Positions 26,057 to 38,941 are shown, counted from the first letter of the whole stretch. The stretch: DNA of 62,017 nucleotides, filler included, from Sphacelaria rigidula (GCA_964200075.2; 6 parts of 6 records of this genome joined end to end with filler, not necessarily neighbours in it), one strand, 5' to 3'. The notes: generated by a model from the sequence alone, not told the origin. Numbers and translations: made by a program.

Positions 26057-26610
26057 GACAACTCACCTGGCCAGAATGTGCACCAGAGTTATAGTTCATA
26101 ACTCACCTAACCAGAATATGGATAACTGAGTTTTAGATTATAACTTGCATAGTCAGAATGTGCATGACTGAGTTATAGATCATAACTCACCCAGCCAGAT
26201 TGCGCACAACTGAGTTATAGATTATAACTCACCTGGACAGGATGCGCATAACTGAGTTACAGTTTACAACTCACCCACCCGGAATGTGTATAACTGAGTT
26301 ATAGGTTATAACTCACCCAGCCAGAATGTACATGACTGAGTTATAGAGAATAACTCCCCCGGCCGGAATACGCACAACTGAGTTATATTTTATAACTCAC
26401 CTGCACGATATATGCATAACTGTGTTATAGTCTATAACTCACCCGGGTAGAATCTGCATAATTGAGTTATTCTTTACACCTCACCTGACCAAGATATGCA
26501 TAACTGAGTGATGCTTTAACTCACGGACGAGTTATTGGAACATGACTCATGAGGAACACACTCACCCGACCGGCAACACGCGGAAAACAGCGATCGATAC
26601 AACTCACTCA
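26057..26610 (+). repeat. Left array of a 42-bp palindromic repeat (~13 units)
   Basis: Consensus approx ATAACTCACCCAGCCAGAATGTGCATAACTGAGTTATAGATT; anchors at 26098, 26140 and 26182. Confidence 0.92.
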
Positions 26611-27378
26611 TGTAAGAGGAAACGCGTGATCACGTGACACATCTGCTGGTACACAAAGCGTGAAGGGCCTCGTGGTATATACGCATATATCAATACTGCC
26701 ACAGGTGTAATATGAAAACATGTACAATTTACGAGTGTACAATACCAAAAAATGCCCGTGTATTACGGTTTCACGGTTTTGAAGGGCCGGGCGGGGGGAT
26801 GGGGGGGGGGGGGGGGGGGGGGCTTTTTCTCCCCTATTAGGTCGTTTGCCAGGGGGTTGGGGAGACACCAAGGGGGTTTCGCCCATACACCGTTGATACC
26901 CNNNNNNNNNNGGGGGGGCGGGGCGGGGTGGGGGGGGGGGGGGGGGGGGGGGGGGGGCGGGGGGGGGGCGGGGGGACGCTTATTCTCCACTATTAGTACA
27001 TTTGACACGGGGTTAGGTAGACACCAAGGGAGTTTCGCCACTACACGCTTGATACACGTTGCATCACACCCCTCAAGTGGAGTCCACCCAACCTTTCCGA
27101 CTTTCTTGGCACCGGTTTTGGCGAATGGTCTCTGAAAAGCACAGCTGGACTAACAAATGTCTTGTGTGCTTGATGAGGTGCCAGCTTCCACATCGGTCGC
27201 CAAAAAGTGAGTAGGCCGTGTTACGAGTTAAGGGGCAAACATGATGAGTTATTTCCGAACTCCGAACACAAAATTCTGAGAACTCAGAACACAAACCTGA
27301 GTTATCTGGCTGTGTCGCATGGGTTAACGGGTAGAGGTGAGCTATCTCAGAACTCAGAACACAAGAGTAAGAGCTACA

Positions 27379-27711
27379 CACACGCGGCTATTTGGCTCCC
27401 CCCCAAAATGCCTACGGAGGGATGTGCAGCCCTCCAGAGGCAAAACAAGCTTTCCGAGGCCTTCAATCAGTCTGGAGGAAACCAAACACTACCGACCTGG
27501 AGGGCCGCACACCCCTCCGGAGGAATTTGGGGGTATGCGCGGCCCTCCAGAGGCAAAAAAAAGCCTCCCGAGGCGTCTAGTCCCTCTGAAGGAAACCAAA
27601 AACTCTCCTCTGGAATGCCGCGCACCCCTCCGGAGGCGTTTATGTCCTCTGGAGACTCGAAACGTTTACCCACCTGGAGGAATTTTGGAGGCAGCCAAAT
27701 GGCCGCGTGTG
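27379..27711. mobile_element. Nested MITE (CAC...GTG, 2-bp TSD CA)
   Basis: TIRs CACACGCGGCTATTTGGCT / AGCCAAATGGCCGCGTGTG; CA on both flanks; internal duplicated GCCCTCCAGAGGCAAAA and CACCCCTCCGGAGG motifs. Confidence 0.75.
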
Positions 27712-27799
27712 CATCTCTGTGGACAGAATGAGTTGTTTCAGAACTCAGAACACATAACGGAGCTCCACATCACTCCTTCTGTTGTGTGATTTTTCACTC

Positions 27800-28325
27800 T
27801 ACAATTCACCCGACCAGAATGTGCACCGCAGATTTAGCTTCTATAGCTCCCCCGTCGAAGATATGCATCGAAGAGTTATCTTCTACACCTCACCCGACCA
27901 GACTGTGCACCGCTGATTTATCTTCTATAACTCACCTGCCCAAGATATGCACCGATGAGTTATAGTTTATAACTCACCTGCCCAAGATATGCATCGATGA
28001 GTTATGTTTCAGAACTCACCCAGCCAGAATGTGCTTAACTGAGTTTTAGTTTATAACTCACCCAGCCAGAATGTGCATCGCTGAGTTATAGGTTACAACT
28101 CACCTAGCCAGAGTGTACAAAACTGAGTTATAGTTTATAACTCACCCGCCCGGAATGCGCACATGTGAGTTATAGATTATAACTCAACTGCCGGATATAT
28201 GCATAACTGAGTTACAGATTATAACTCACCTGCCCGGCACATGCATGACTGAGTTATAGTTTATAACTCACCCGGCCAGAGTGCGCACAACTGAGTGATG
28301 CTGCTATAACTCACTGGTGAGTTAT
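27800..28325 (+). repeat. Right array of the same 42-bp repeat (~12-13 units)
   Basis: Same unit and same orientation as 26057-26610. Confidence 0.92.
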
Positions 28326-28504
28326 GCCAAAAAGAGTTCACTCGTGGTGACCTAAGTTGAGTTGTCCGACGTGCGAATTCTGTGGAAAATGGAAGCAAAA
28401 ATGCCCTTCATGAATACACGACGCGCTTTTAAACGAAACGAAACAATAAAACATACACACACATAAATACGCTGGTTAACGGAAAAGACCCCCAAAACAC
28501 TCAT

Positions 28505-29190
28505 TGGCAAAACTTCACGCCGTTTTGAGGAGTTAGACCCTGAAATTTTGCACAAGTGCCTTATGGGTCATTACGCAACTATCCAAGGTCGACGTTTTTT
28601 TCTTATACTTTTTTACTTTAATCACCGCTTTTCCGGGGTCCCACTTTATTCGGGGGAAATATGATCCAGTCGGACTCCCGTTAAACGGTAAAAACGAAAA
28701 AAAATCGAAAAACCGCGTTCATCAAAAGTTGCGTAATTACCCATAGAACACCTGTGCGAAATTTCAGGGTCTGACTCCTTCAAACGGCGTGAAGGTCTTC
28801 GGGTTTGTGCGATGAACCTTGCCGTGCCACGGTGAGACGGCAAACTCCAACATTTCAGTATGAAAATAGCGTTTTCGGGCCTTCTTTGACATTAACATGG
28901 AAATTCAAGCATCAGTTAATCGAGTTTGGCCACAGAACTTTGTGGGGCTCTTCCTTGGGTTTTACGGTGACGGGGCGTTCGCGAAAAAACTGAAGAAAAT
29001 ATAATAGTGCCGGTTTCCCGGAGTCCTAGAATGGACGACTTCGGAAAAACGACTTGGATCCCGTCGGACCCTCGAAAAAAGGTGAAAAAACATCAAGTAT
29101 AAAAACCTCAATAGAAAAGTGCGTAATGATTCATAGCACATTTGAGCAAAGTTTTTAGGGTGTAACTCCTAATAACTGCGTCAAGGTGTG
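28505..29190. repeat. Foldback-type repeat: inverted pair plus a diverged third copy
   Basis: 28510-28580 (CTTCACGCCGTTT..GACCCTGAAATTT.GCACA..ATGGGT.ATTACGCAACT) is inverted at 28727-28797; diverged copy at 29118-29186. Confidence 0.65.
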
Positions 29191-29988
29191 CGCATTTGTG
29201 CGAGGATGTGAGCTTGAAACGTACAAACTCCCAACTACTTGGTTTTAGTATGAAAATGTCTTTTTTGGGTGAATTTTACGTCAAGGCAAGAGACGCTGTA
29301 TGAGATTTTCAAATTTCTCCACCAAACTTTGTACATGTGTTCCTTGGACTATCCCGGGACGCATCATGTTATTTCTTTCTTGAGTTATTATGTACCGCCT
29401 TCCCGGGGTATTTGTACTGGGATCCCCGGAAGCCGGTAGAGAACGGAGAAACTTTGAAATCTTGTCAAGAACATAATATTTCCGTTTGGAGCATCAATAC
29501 CTACGGAACTGCCAAGTTTAAGGATGATCTAAGTTTTTCTAGAACAAATATAAGAGAAATCGCCACGAGGCTCAATGAGTCTTTCCTACGTATCATGAGT
29601 GGAATTAGACTACGCCAAACTCCACATCACCGAAACATTACGGTTTCGGGTATAATTTGACCTCATTGGAACCGTTTTCAAATCTGTTTCTCCCGTTAGA
29701 TTCCGCAGGTGATGACGGTCACTACGATTTGAAGCATGTGGAGATTCACTGCAAATTGGGTTTGGAACTCGTATTTTCAATTTCGGAACAATTTAAAAGG
29801 CGCTGATTGTTCGAGATACATTCTTGTCCATAGCGCCACCGCTATAGCCTTCAACAAAAATCTGGCTATGTCACCCTCTTTGTTTGTTTATTGCGGTCAG
29901 TATGATACTATGTATGCGACTATCGGGTGCGTATTGCAGAGGGCATTTGCTGATGACATAATTTTGGGTCTTTGACGTGAATGAGCCT

Positions 29989-30005
29989 GTATACATATAT
30001 ATACA

Positions 30006-30056
<51 letters not shown>
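29989..30056. repeat. (TA)n/(CA)n microsatellite in the MSH2 intron
   Basis: Directly visible. Confidence 0.95.
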
Positions 30057-30158
30057 TCCAAAGGGGATAAAACGAACAGTGCATACGACCAAGTGCCGAC
30101 CAAAAATACAGGCAAGAACGAGAACAAGAACAGCGGTCGCAGCAGCAGCAGCACAAAC

Positions 30159-30473
30159 CTTGAACATATCCAGTAAACGGTGTAACTTTCTGGTATCCTC
30201 CTTGCCCTTCTCGTTGCCCGTGTCCCCTTCGTCGCTTGTCGTTCTGGCTCTCTTCCTACTCTTGCCGTCACCGTCGCCATCTCTCCCGCCGCCGCCAATG
30301 CCTGCCCCACCCGTCCTCTCCATGACCTCTTCGAAATTCTCGAGGGTAGCAGCTTTGCGCTTGGCCTCTCGTACCACGGATCGCGGGAAGCCGGCCATCG
30401 TGGCTACGTGTATCCCGAATGATTCCAGGCACGCGCCGGGCCTTACTTCATAAAGCATCGTAATTTTGTCTTC
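30159..30473 (-). CDS. MSH2: DNA mismatch repair protein MSH2, internal C-terminal exon (partial gene)
   Basis: cag|GAA...AAG|gtttgt, 315 bp, phase 0; [47 protein letters not shown] matches the MutS domain V C-terminal motif in its MSH2 form (SFGIHVA..A.FP..V...AKRKA..LE.F). Confidence 0.88.
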
Positions 30474-30889
30474 CTGTTTTCCCGAGTTTACGGTAGCAAC
30501 GATCGCACAAGGGCAGCGAGCGTGAGCGACGACTCGCGTGTAGATTGAGAGGTCACGCCTAGGCTTCTACTTCATATGCTAGTACGGGTCCTGTGTGCAT
30601 GTGACCCATCATTATTTTCAAGATGAACGATTTTTCCATAACCCGTGTTGGCACAATAAGTAGGAGCCTAGTCACGCCTCGATGGTTCAGGTGGTGCACA
30701 TGCACTAACGGTCTGTGTCTGCAGATATCATGACTTCAAATCGGATCTCGACAAATATTTTCTTCTTTGAGCTGATTTGACTGTCGCACTTCGACTGATC
30801 CTCCCCCTGGGGATCAAGCTAGGGTCACATGATAGCCGTACCCCGAGGTGAAAAGTGAAGAACACCGAAATGGTAAAGCAGACATAGTA

Positions 30890-30962
30890 GACTTTTTTTG
30901 TTTTCCCTCAAACTTTGAACCCCTCCCCTTCCTCGGGATGAGTCCGTGGTCTCAAGGGATCA
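30890..30962 (-). repeat. Dispersed repeat family A, copy 3 (cut by contig end)
   Basis: Reverse complement of 118-210. Confidence 0.75.
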
Positions 30963-31062
30963 NNNNNNNNNNNNNNNNNNNNNNNNNNNNNNNNNNNNNN
31001 NNNNNNTTAATTAATTAANNNNNNNNNNNNNNNNNNNNNNNNNNNNNNNNNNNNNNNNNNNN
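30963..31062. other. Artificial contig linker 3
   Basis: Same block. Confidence 0.97.
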
Positions 31063-32826
31063 GGCTTGGGGGTCAAAAGGTGGGTCAAACGTCATGAAAG
31101 TGAACAATCCGTGGGCCAAAAATCTGTTTGCGACAACATCCGGCCTAAGGCTACAATTTTTGCTCAAGTTGGAATTGAAAGCTTTCTGTTTTTTTCGTTA
31201 AAAAAAAAATCAAATTGCTTTTTTTTGTGGGGCGTCACCATGATGGGCGTGCAGGTGAAAAGCTCGTACAGACGGAAGAGGTCGTTGTCGTTGACAGCGA
31301 TCGTTGTCTGAAAAGGTAAGACAGGCGAGAAGCAGCTCCCAGAAGGCAGCGATATGTATAGTAATTATAACAGCAATGAAATGACAGCACCGTGTGTTTC
31401 GTGAGTTGGAAAAGGAACATTTTAATTCAAGCCCATAAAAATTATTCAAGTGTTGCTGAAGGGAAAGCGTCCCAGTTGAGTTTAAGTCAAGGTATCCGAC
31501 GTTGGAGCGTTTATCCTATGCTTACCATGGTACGCAGAGCAATTCTGAAGGGAACTCGGAAATGGGCTATTCGATAATATTTTACCCAAGCTTTTGGATA
31601 TGGAATGGCAAATAATTGACCATTGTACGAGCGCTTGTGTAGCACGGTCAACGCTGTGAGGGTGCGGAAGCCAGCTGAGTACTTCCCGTTCAGGTCACGA
31701 TACATTCAACTCGACTGTCGACCCCACGCCACCCAAGGTTTTTTCAAGACATTCTCATTTAGCACGAACGTTCGTGGAAGAACAGACGTCACAAATCAAA
31801 CCCGAAAAATGAAGGAAAAGAGGCTGAATCCGGGGGATTAATGAGCTGTGTCCCAGGATTCTCGGAGCATAATTCGAACTCGCTTTCTGTGCCTAACCGT
31901 GCCGTGCTTGACCGAAGCACCTTTAGCTTATACAAAAAGTCTTCGTCTGATTCTTTTCCATGCTATGTGAGGAGCAAGTCTACAATCCGCTTCATTATAG
32001 TCGTTGCAGTTGCTCGCAATACGTCATGATCAGCTTTCTCCGCAAAAAACCGAGCGTTTGACTTCTTACGCCGTACTCACGACGCGCAGACAATACTTCG
32101 TCAGCCTAGCGGTACATGCAGATCGGTACGGCGACTGAGAAAAAAAAGAGATACTTATTTTCCACGAAACGATCAATCTAAAATGCGGCGCGCGACTCAG
32201 AGCATTGCCAAGCATCGTGATATGGGAACCAACCTATCCGCATCGGTTTCACATGTGCCCACCCAGAACGTGACTGTCGTGTGTACCATTCGTGCTGTGG
32301 TCCCCTACAAACACATGTGTTTCCGCTGTCTCTTCCTTCAACCTGAGAGGAACATCATCTTTGACTTACTCGAATACGTATCGCAAGTTGTGGGCACTAG
32401 GTGTTGCGACTTTCGGAACGTCCAGGTGCGTCAATGGAACGGGTGAATGGATCGCGCGCGCCTCATGGCGCTCAACGCCGTTTGCTCGTTTCAGGCACTA
32501 AGACATACGGAGTAAATACTCTGCAAAACACACCGCACGACAACCTAGCTCTATACCCTAGTTTCTGGTCAATTACAAGAATTCTTGGCGCACTCGATAG
32601 CTCGAATAAAGCGTCTGATTCTTGTGCACCACGCAGAGACCGAACAGAACACAAAAAAAAAAAAACCACCAATCGTTCGCGGAGCTTGGGACAGCTGAAC
32701 AGAAGGGTATCTTGATCGGTACCGCATCCCGATACGGACATCTCCCTCCAGTGGTCACGTGGAACTCTTACTTGAGTGCGTATCAAACGCGAAAAAGGAA
32801 AGAGCAGCCGCGGAGGCGGCAAGGGT

Positions 32827-33108
32827 AGAGCATGCTTCCACGGTTTGGATGAATCATCGCCGGTTCGAATCACAAAATCCACGATTTTTCAGGCCTGATT
32901 GCTTCAAAGAGAAGAAAAAAAAATTGACCGCTGGTCAAAAAGGTCTCCTGACACTCACACTCAGTTATTGCGCCATTCCACGTGCCTGGGCTGCGCGTAC
33001 CTGGGTTGCAACGCTGAGAACAAAGCCTAAGGATTGATTCATACGGTACGAATCAATTGTACTAACATCAAGGAATTTCCGGACGAATCATTCATTCGCC
33101 CGACCCTT
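32827..33108 (+). repeat. Dispersed repeat family C, copy 3
   Basis: Matches 24849-25108. Confidence 0.8.
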
Positions 33109-34083
33109 GCATGCTCCGTGGTGTACTCCTGATTACATAGTAGCTCAAAGTAAAAAGCCAAGTAATTTCATACCCCCGACGCGGGATGGACGGAATAAAT
33201 CAGGGAAAAAAAAAGAGTATTTTTTGGCGTGCTACATTTAAATGAACAAAACAAGCGCCAAACTTCTGCTCGAGGGGTTGTGCAGCTTTCCACACGGAAA
33301 ATACTCGTGCAATGGCGCAATCGCGAGCACAACTTTTCTGAAAATCGTCTCCGGGTGATAGGTTCGTGAACATAGACTGCACCCGTTCATTTCGAGTGTT
33401 GCGAGAAATGCGGCGCCATGAGTGTACGCGCGTGTGTGTTTCGTGATGGATTAATGGATTATAATCAAACTGCTGTATCATCGTTATTTCCGCACAGTAG
33501 CCCGACCTCTCGAGCCCGTGGTTACAGACGTGGACTCATCTGCCTGGTACCCTCGCTACTATTCCTTATACGCGATAGCGTTGGTTGGATGATATATCAT
33601 AACAACGCCTACAAGACCCGCGGAGGTGAGGACCCAGACGAAGGTGAGCCTCACCATCTGCATATAAATAAAACACGCGCCTACTGTCTGCTTGGGGGGG
33701 TGTGCACCACCTCCACATGAAAAAAGTCGTTTCACGGCGTAATCATGAGAACTACATTTCTGCGAAAATTCTCCGAGCAATGGGTTTGAAACACATACGC
33801 GTATTGTGTTTCGTGATGGGTTATCATAATAATTATTACTATGATAACCATAATTACTACTACCTAGTATTATTTTCCGTACATTTGCTCAACATTGTTT
33901 TCTGTAGACAGGACAGAAAAATATTTGCAGACAACCAACCTGCTGTCAATTCGGTTTCTGTGGTATCGGCGACAACTACACCATGCATGTGTGTACCTAC
34001 TCGTGTGTTTTCTAATATGCTATCGAGAAGCAGTTGCATCCGCTCTGTGCTTGTTCCGGCGTAATCTTGCCGCAGAAACCTAC

Positions 34084-34173
34084 CGTAAGCATGATAGCTT
34101 CCATCATGAGCAGCAGGGACGCCGATAGCAGTATCGCGTAAGCGTAAGCATTGAATGTGTCGTTGAACCCCAC
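34084..34173 (-). CDS. ABCG-type transporter, visible exon 6 (membrane domain)
   Basis: cgcag|GTG...ACG|gtaggt, 90 bp; VGFNDTFNAYAYAILLSASLLLMMEAIMLT; in phase with the previous exon. Confidence 0.85.
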
Positions 34174-35157
34174 CTGCGCACGCACCACCAGGATGTATTG
34201 TACACAATCACATTTCGTTCACGTCCGTACGCATACACACAAATACGCGCGTGTTTTCTTCAAAAAGAAAGCGGTAAAAGCAAGACATGAAAACATCACA
34301 CCACATGGTCCATTCGGGAGTACTTCGTGTGTATTATTACATGGTTTGAGCTAATACTATAACGAGAAAAGACCGCGGTGCGAACGCGATCTATACACAT
34401 ACATACGGCACATATACCTAGCACACACATTTACACACACACATATATATATATATATATTCGTATATCAACACCTTCTCGTTGACCATCGATCGGATGG
34501 ACCTCTCTCTCAACGCGCCGTTGCTTTCGTGTCAATAGGTTCAACCTCATACACATATTGAAGACATACGACGTTCGCGTTTTTCTTCTTTCTGAGAAAA
34601 GCGATCAAAAATACTTCTGAGACTCGGCGATACACTTCCTTGATAAGGTCGCTTTCCCCCGCTCCCTACCCTACTTCTATAACACTTTTACGGTCGTTTT
34701 GATCAAACGTATCACACGGGTGGCCGTCGCTGATATTGTACATGCTGTCCCACGGTTATTTCGCATGTACTTGCGACCATGATGTTCCCGGTTGTTAGCA
34801 TGCCGACAACGTTCTTGTCAGCGAATACTTTCGTATCATGTTATCGCGGGTGTTTGTCCTCGAGTGGTAACACATGCATCCTACAGTTACAGGGAATTTT
34901 AGATGAATCAACGGGTGCGGGGAGGCAGAAAGAGGGGAAAGGGAGAATCCAACCGCAAGGAGGGGGTTGAAGGGACTAGTTCCCCGTAAGTATCTGCGTG
35001 AGAATTTCACTCTTCACAATTGGGTGTTTTCTGCCTTGACTTCTCCCTTTGTTTCCCGATCAAATGGAGACAACACGCAAAGAACAAAGCAGTAACTTAC
35101 TGTACGTTTCTACGGGGAGCCTTTTGTTGTAGATACTTGTACCCGTCGTTTCCTCAC

Positions 35158-35338
35158 CAGCCAATGGAAGATCGATTGGTACACAAAAGACGACACGAGC
35201 ACGAAGGGTAGAGACGCCGCGAATTGCGCCAAGCAGGATAGTGCGGGTCCGTAGGCCCCGTTAAGCATTTCCTGCAGAGTCGTCCTCCGGTCCAGATCGA
35301 AGGAAGGCACCGAAGCCACCACCACGAACAAAACACAC
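35158..35338 (-). CDS. ABCG-type transporter, visible exon 5 (ABC-2 membrane domain)
   Basis: aag|G...CTG|gtgagg, 181 bp; CVLFVVVASVPSFDLDRRTTLQEMLNGAYGPALSCLAQFAASLPFVLVSSFVYQSIFHWL contains the ABCG E..NG.Y......AQ....LP motif. Confidence 0.9.
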
Positions 35339-36369
35339 CTTTTTTGCGATCATTTGTTCCACAAAAAAACAAGAGAGAAGTTGACGTATTCTATAAGTCC
35401 GAAGCCTGCATATATTGATATGAGTTAGCTGACAACAAAAACTGCTCCAGTCTGATGTTATTCTATCGTGATGAGGTTGATGATTTCTTCGATGTCTATT
35501 TCAATATATATATATATATATATATATGTACGCTTCGCTATTTATCCAGACCAATAAAAAACACCGTTGAGTTGCCATTTGACACTACACCCAGCAAACA
35601 AGATCGCCAGGGTAGTTTACGCACAGGTGTTCGTCCATCGGAATATTCGGTGTGTTTGGGCTTCACACATGCTAACCTACTGCGCGATTAGCGGTGGAGC
35701 CATAACGTTATATCCCCAATGAAGTGGTGATATGATCGCCATTCAGCGATTGTCTTGCGCTAAAGTAATAGGGTTTCCAGGTGAGTAACTTGGTTCGCAA
35801 ATATGCTTGTAGACATATACACAAATACCATCTACAGTACCTCGGAATGCACTGACAGGTTTGGATTTCACCTAATGGCCTCCAAGTATAGAGAGTGAAA
35901 TCGGACAGACACACTATGACAGAACCGGACGAACACACATTCATTTTTATCATTGTTGTTCTTTTTCTTCTACTTCTCCTTCTTCTTATCACTATTATCG
36001 TCATCTTCATCATTCAAATACCAATATTCTCCATGTCATGGAATGTTGGGAATGCAATTTAGTTCATTATCCCGAGAAAATCATGAGACACAAATGGCCA
36101 ATGTTCAAACAGGCTTGATTTTGATGAGAAACCTCCCAACCTCAAAGAGTTGAACGGTTGACGTGTAGATAACTCTCCTCCCGTCTTATATTTCGCAACA
36201 CGTCGAAATCAAATCCTACAAAAGCACTGAGGAATGTGGATCGAGACGGGGTATATCGTGGCCATTGCAGAGCCGTTGTCATCTTCAGCGCTTCGGGCAC
36301 AAAAGCGCGTTCGTACGATGTATCATAAGTCTTGGATGCGTAAAAGGGCATGGATGGTGACTGACTCAC

Positions 36370-36432
36370 CATATGTTGAAGAAGGCCGCACCTGACGTTT
36401 CACTGATCATCGTGTTGTCCAATCGGAAAAAC
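36370..36432 (-). CDS. ABCG-type transporter, visible exon 4
   Basis: aag|G...TG|gtgagt, 63 bp; FFRLDNTMISETSGAAFFNIW; phase fits both neighbours. Confidence 0.85.
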
Positions 36433-38444
36433 CTTTTGTTTTTTCCACGGCAAGAAAGCATCAAGAAAAAAATAGCAACGAGGAAACATCAGATACGTAG
36501 TACTCAACGTGTTCGACCTATCACAATATTCAGAAACATATATATATATATATGCTGTACTTTGGAACCAACCGTATGCCATCGAACACAAGAGACATAA
36601 AACTGGACCGTTTGACTGATTAATTCATAACGTCCGACGTGTTAAGTGTTTTGCCACTTTGCTGTGAGTGCGAAGATCTCAAGATCTTCACCGTAGAAAC
36701 ACTCACATATGAAAATCACAACACGAGCATCCGCAATGGCATAAATGAGACGACTGGAGAATAACTACGTACTTTCACAAAGCGTAAGAATCCATGAGTC
36801 ATGACACGGTAGGGGTTGGAAATTTGGGTCCAGATGTTTCTCATCCAGGGGCTTCAACGTTAGGAGCTACGCAAGAGTATGAGTCAGGCCATTCACATTT
36901 GAAAATTCATTCGAGACATCTCTGGCGCATTGGAATACTAATGAATCGTTGTGTGCTTTCGCATATTTTATACGTCGTCTTTCAGATGAGATGGCGGGTT
37001 CCTAACAATTCAAACTTTGTTGCAACTCCACTGTAGCTTGATTCCCATTGAGGCACCGGAACTGAAAACGACTCAATATCATTCCTTCGAGTTATGGATG
37101 CTGAAACCTATGATTTTCTTTGTCTGAAGCGAGAGCATCTCTGGGGCTTGGCCAGGCGGCTCATTTCCCCACGCAAGCGAAACAGCACAAAAGTCAGCCG
37201 CCCCCCTCCCCGCAAATTACATGAAGATGTCCTGAAAGGAACGTCAGGTTCAAAGAACAGCTACTAGGTTCTGGTAAGGTTCGTAGCCCGCAAGCATTTT
37301 GTGCAGTGTCCGGTGTGTACACGTTGTGCGCAGAGAAGAAGTCGCTTAGCCGGACATAGATGATCGTATAGCGGTTTTCAGTAGTTCTACGGGAAAGCGC
37401 TCAAGATAGTGTGAGCGCGACTGCACATTTTCGTTGCGTTCATGGAAAAAAAAGTTTTTTTTAGATAAATTGATCGCCAGAGATGGGTGCACTCACAACA
37501 TGTTTTTGCTCTGCCAGACCATACTTGCGACGAGAGGTAAGACATTTGCACCCACGACAAGCCCGTATTAAAACAATGGACAGCACGGACGATGAAAGCG
37601 AATCCTATTCACGCTCGGAAATGGATAAGATTCTCTGACCCATGCTAATGGTTGTTCAATCTTTCCAGGTGAAATACATGCGTGTATTATTTTGGCGCTC
37701 TATATAGCTAGGTAGTGCAGCATAACAGCCTTCCTACTCCTGTCGTTGTGCAAGGCTTCGCTATCAGATCGACCGATCTCTTTGACCACCTTTATTTTCT
37801 CATTCTGTCGAAACAGCCACCCAACATCATCTTTTCTTGGTGCTCAAGCAAGTGCTTTGAAAACACTGCTACATGATAGTCCTTTTTCTTGAGAACGTTT
37901 GCATGTCTTGGATTATAGATAGATAGGAATCTTCCTGCCTTTGTGCCTTCGCTGCCCAAGATTCCCAACCGCGTTCTTCTATGTCTGCTATTGTCGCAAG
38001 GCAAACAGTAGTACATGCACTTTTGACAAGCCCTATGCAAGTTGTGCACACGCAGAGGGAAAGTGGCCCATCTACTGCAACGATAGCGGCATGGTGGGAT
38101 GGAATATACCAAGAACGGCATGCACATAAGACGAATGGAATGCCATACAACATCGTTTCCTTAACGCTTCCCGAACAATAATGACGTTATTATGATCGAA
38201 GCGAGATCAAGCACCATGGCTAATGGCATTGAGCGTCTGAAAACATTACATGTGTACAGTGCATACTTGATAAAAACATACTAATATGTATCGGTTACTC
38301 GCACCTCCAGAAGACGTATGCAGTCTAATGAGTAGTATCAATTGCCCATTTGTATACATTTATGTATATGTGTGTGTATCTCGTCGTTACTATGAAACAT
38401 TGTTCAGAAGGCGCTCGTTAACAAAAAGAGGAAGGCACACACAC

Positions 38445-38517
38445 ATTGTACCACAATACACCGCGAGGATGACGAGCTCCACCAGCCTCAGCCAGTGCAC
38501 CCTAGGCGCCCTCCAGT
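38445..38517 (-). CDS. ABCG-type transporter, visible exon 3 (first TM helix)
   Basis: caag|AC...AT|gtgtgt, 73 bp; YWRAPRVHWLRLVELVILAVYCGTM (ABCG WR.P....R......L...GT.F). Confidence 0.85.
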
Positions 38518-38941
38518 CTTGGACATGTCACGCAAAAGTGAAGACGTGCATGCAATAAAGCAGCAGTAGAAGCAGTAGCACACACAACAAACAACAAGAA
38601 CAGAGATGCACGATCAGCAAAAAAAAGGCCGCGAGTACTCAAGCTGATGCGCCACGGTGGTGTAACTGTTGTACCCATACTCGAGGGCGGTTCGGGCGGG
38701 CGGTCGCCGGTTGGAGTTCCGTTTGATTCACTTTTGTTTTTGCAGGATCTATGGTAGCTTCCGTCGTTGTAAACGTGACGACTTTGGCAGTGAAAGGACA
38801 TTCGACGTGTGAGGCGACGCGGGGCACGAGTGCTGATCTACTCCGCATTACCAACACAAACATCAGCGTTTATGTGCGGAACGATAAATTGGTTCATTCT
38901 TGAAGACTACGCACTCGTTTCGAGGAAGGAACGGAATGGGG

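Larger units (their letters stand above)
26050..28373. mobile_element. Non-autonomous TIR DNA transposon (CAC...GTG; CMC/EnSpm-like) with subterminal repeat arrays
   Basis: Perfect 16-bp TIR CACGTCGGACAACTCA (26050-26065) / TGAGTTGTCCGACGTG (28358-28373); each end runs into a 42-bp tandem array; flanks CA / CG; no transposase ORF; superfamily assignment is inference. Confidence 0.7.

Noticed and set aside
26608..27135. Poly-Pro/Gly ORFs
   Set aside because: G homopolymers around a 10-N gap, with an apparent local duplication; probably low-quality sequence.
26057..28325. CRISPR array
   Set aside because: The spacer-like segments are homologous to each other, the repeats are degenerate, there are no cas genes, the context is eukaryotic and the arrays are bounded by TIRs.
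29871..30158. Hydrophobic C-terminal extension of MSH2 in the ORF track
   Set aside because: It is intron read-through past the GT donor at 30158 into a (TA)n microsatellite.
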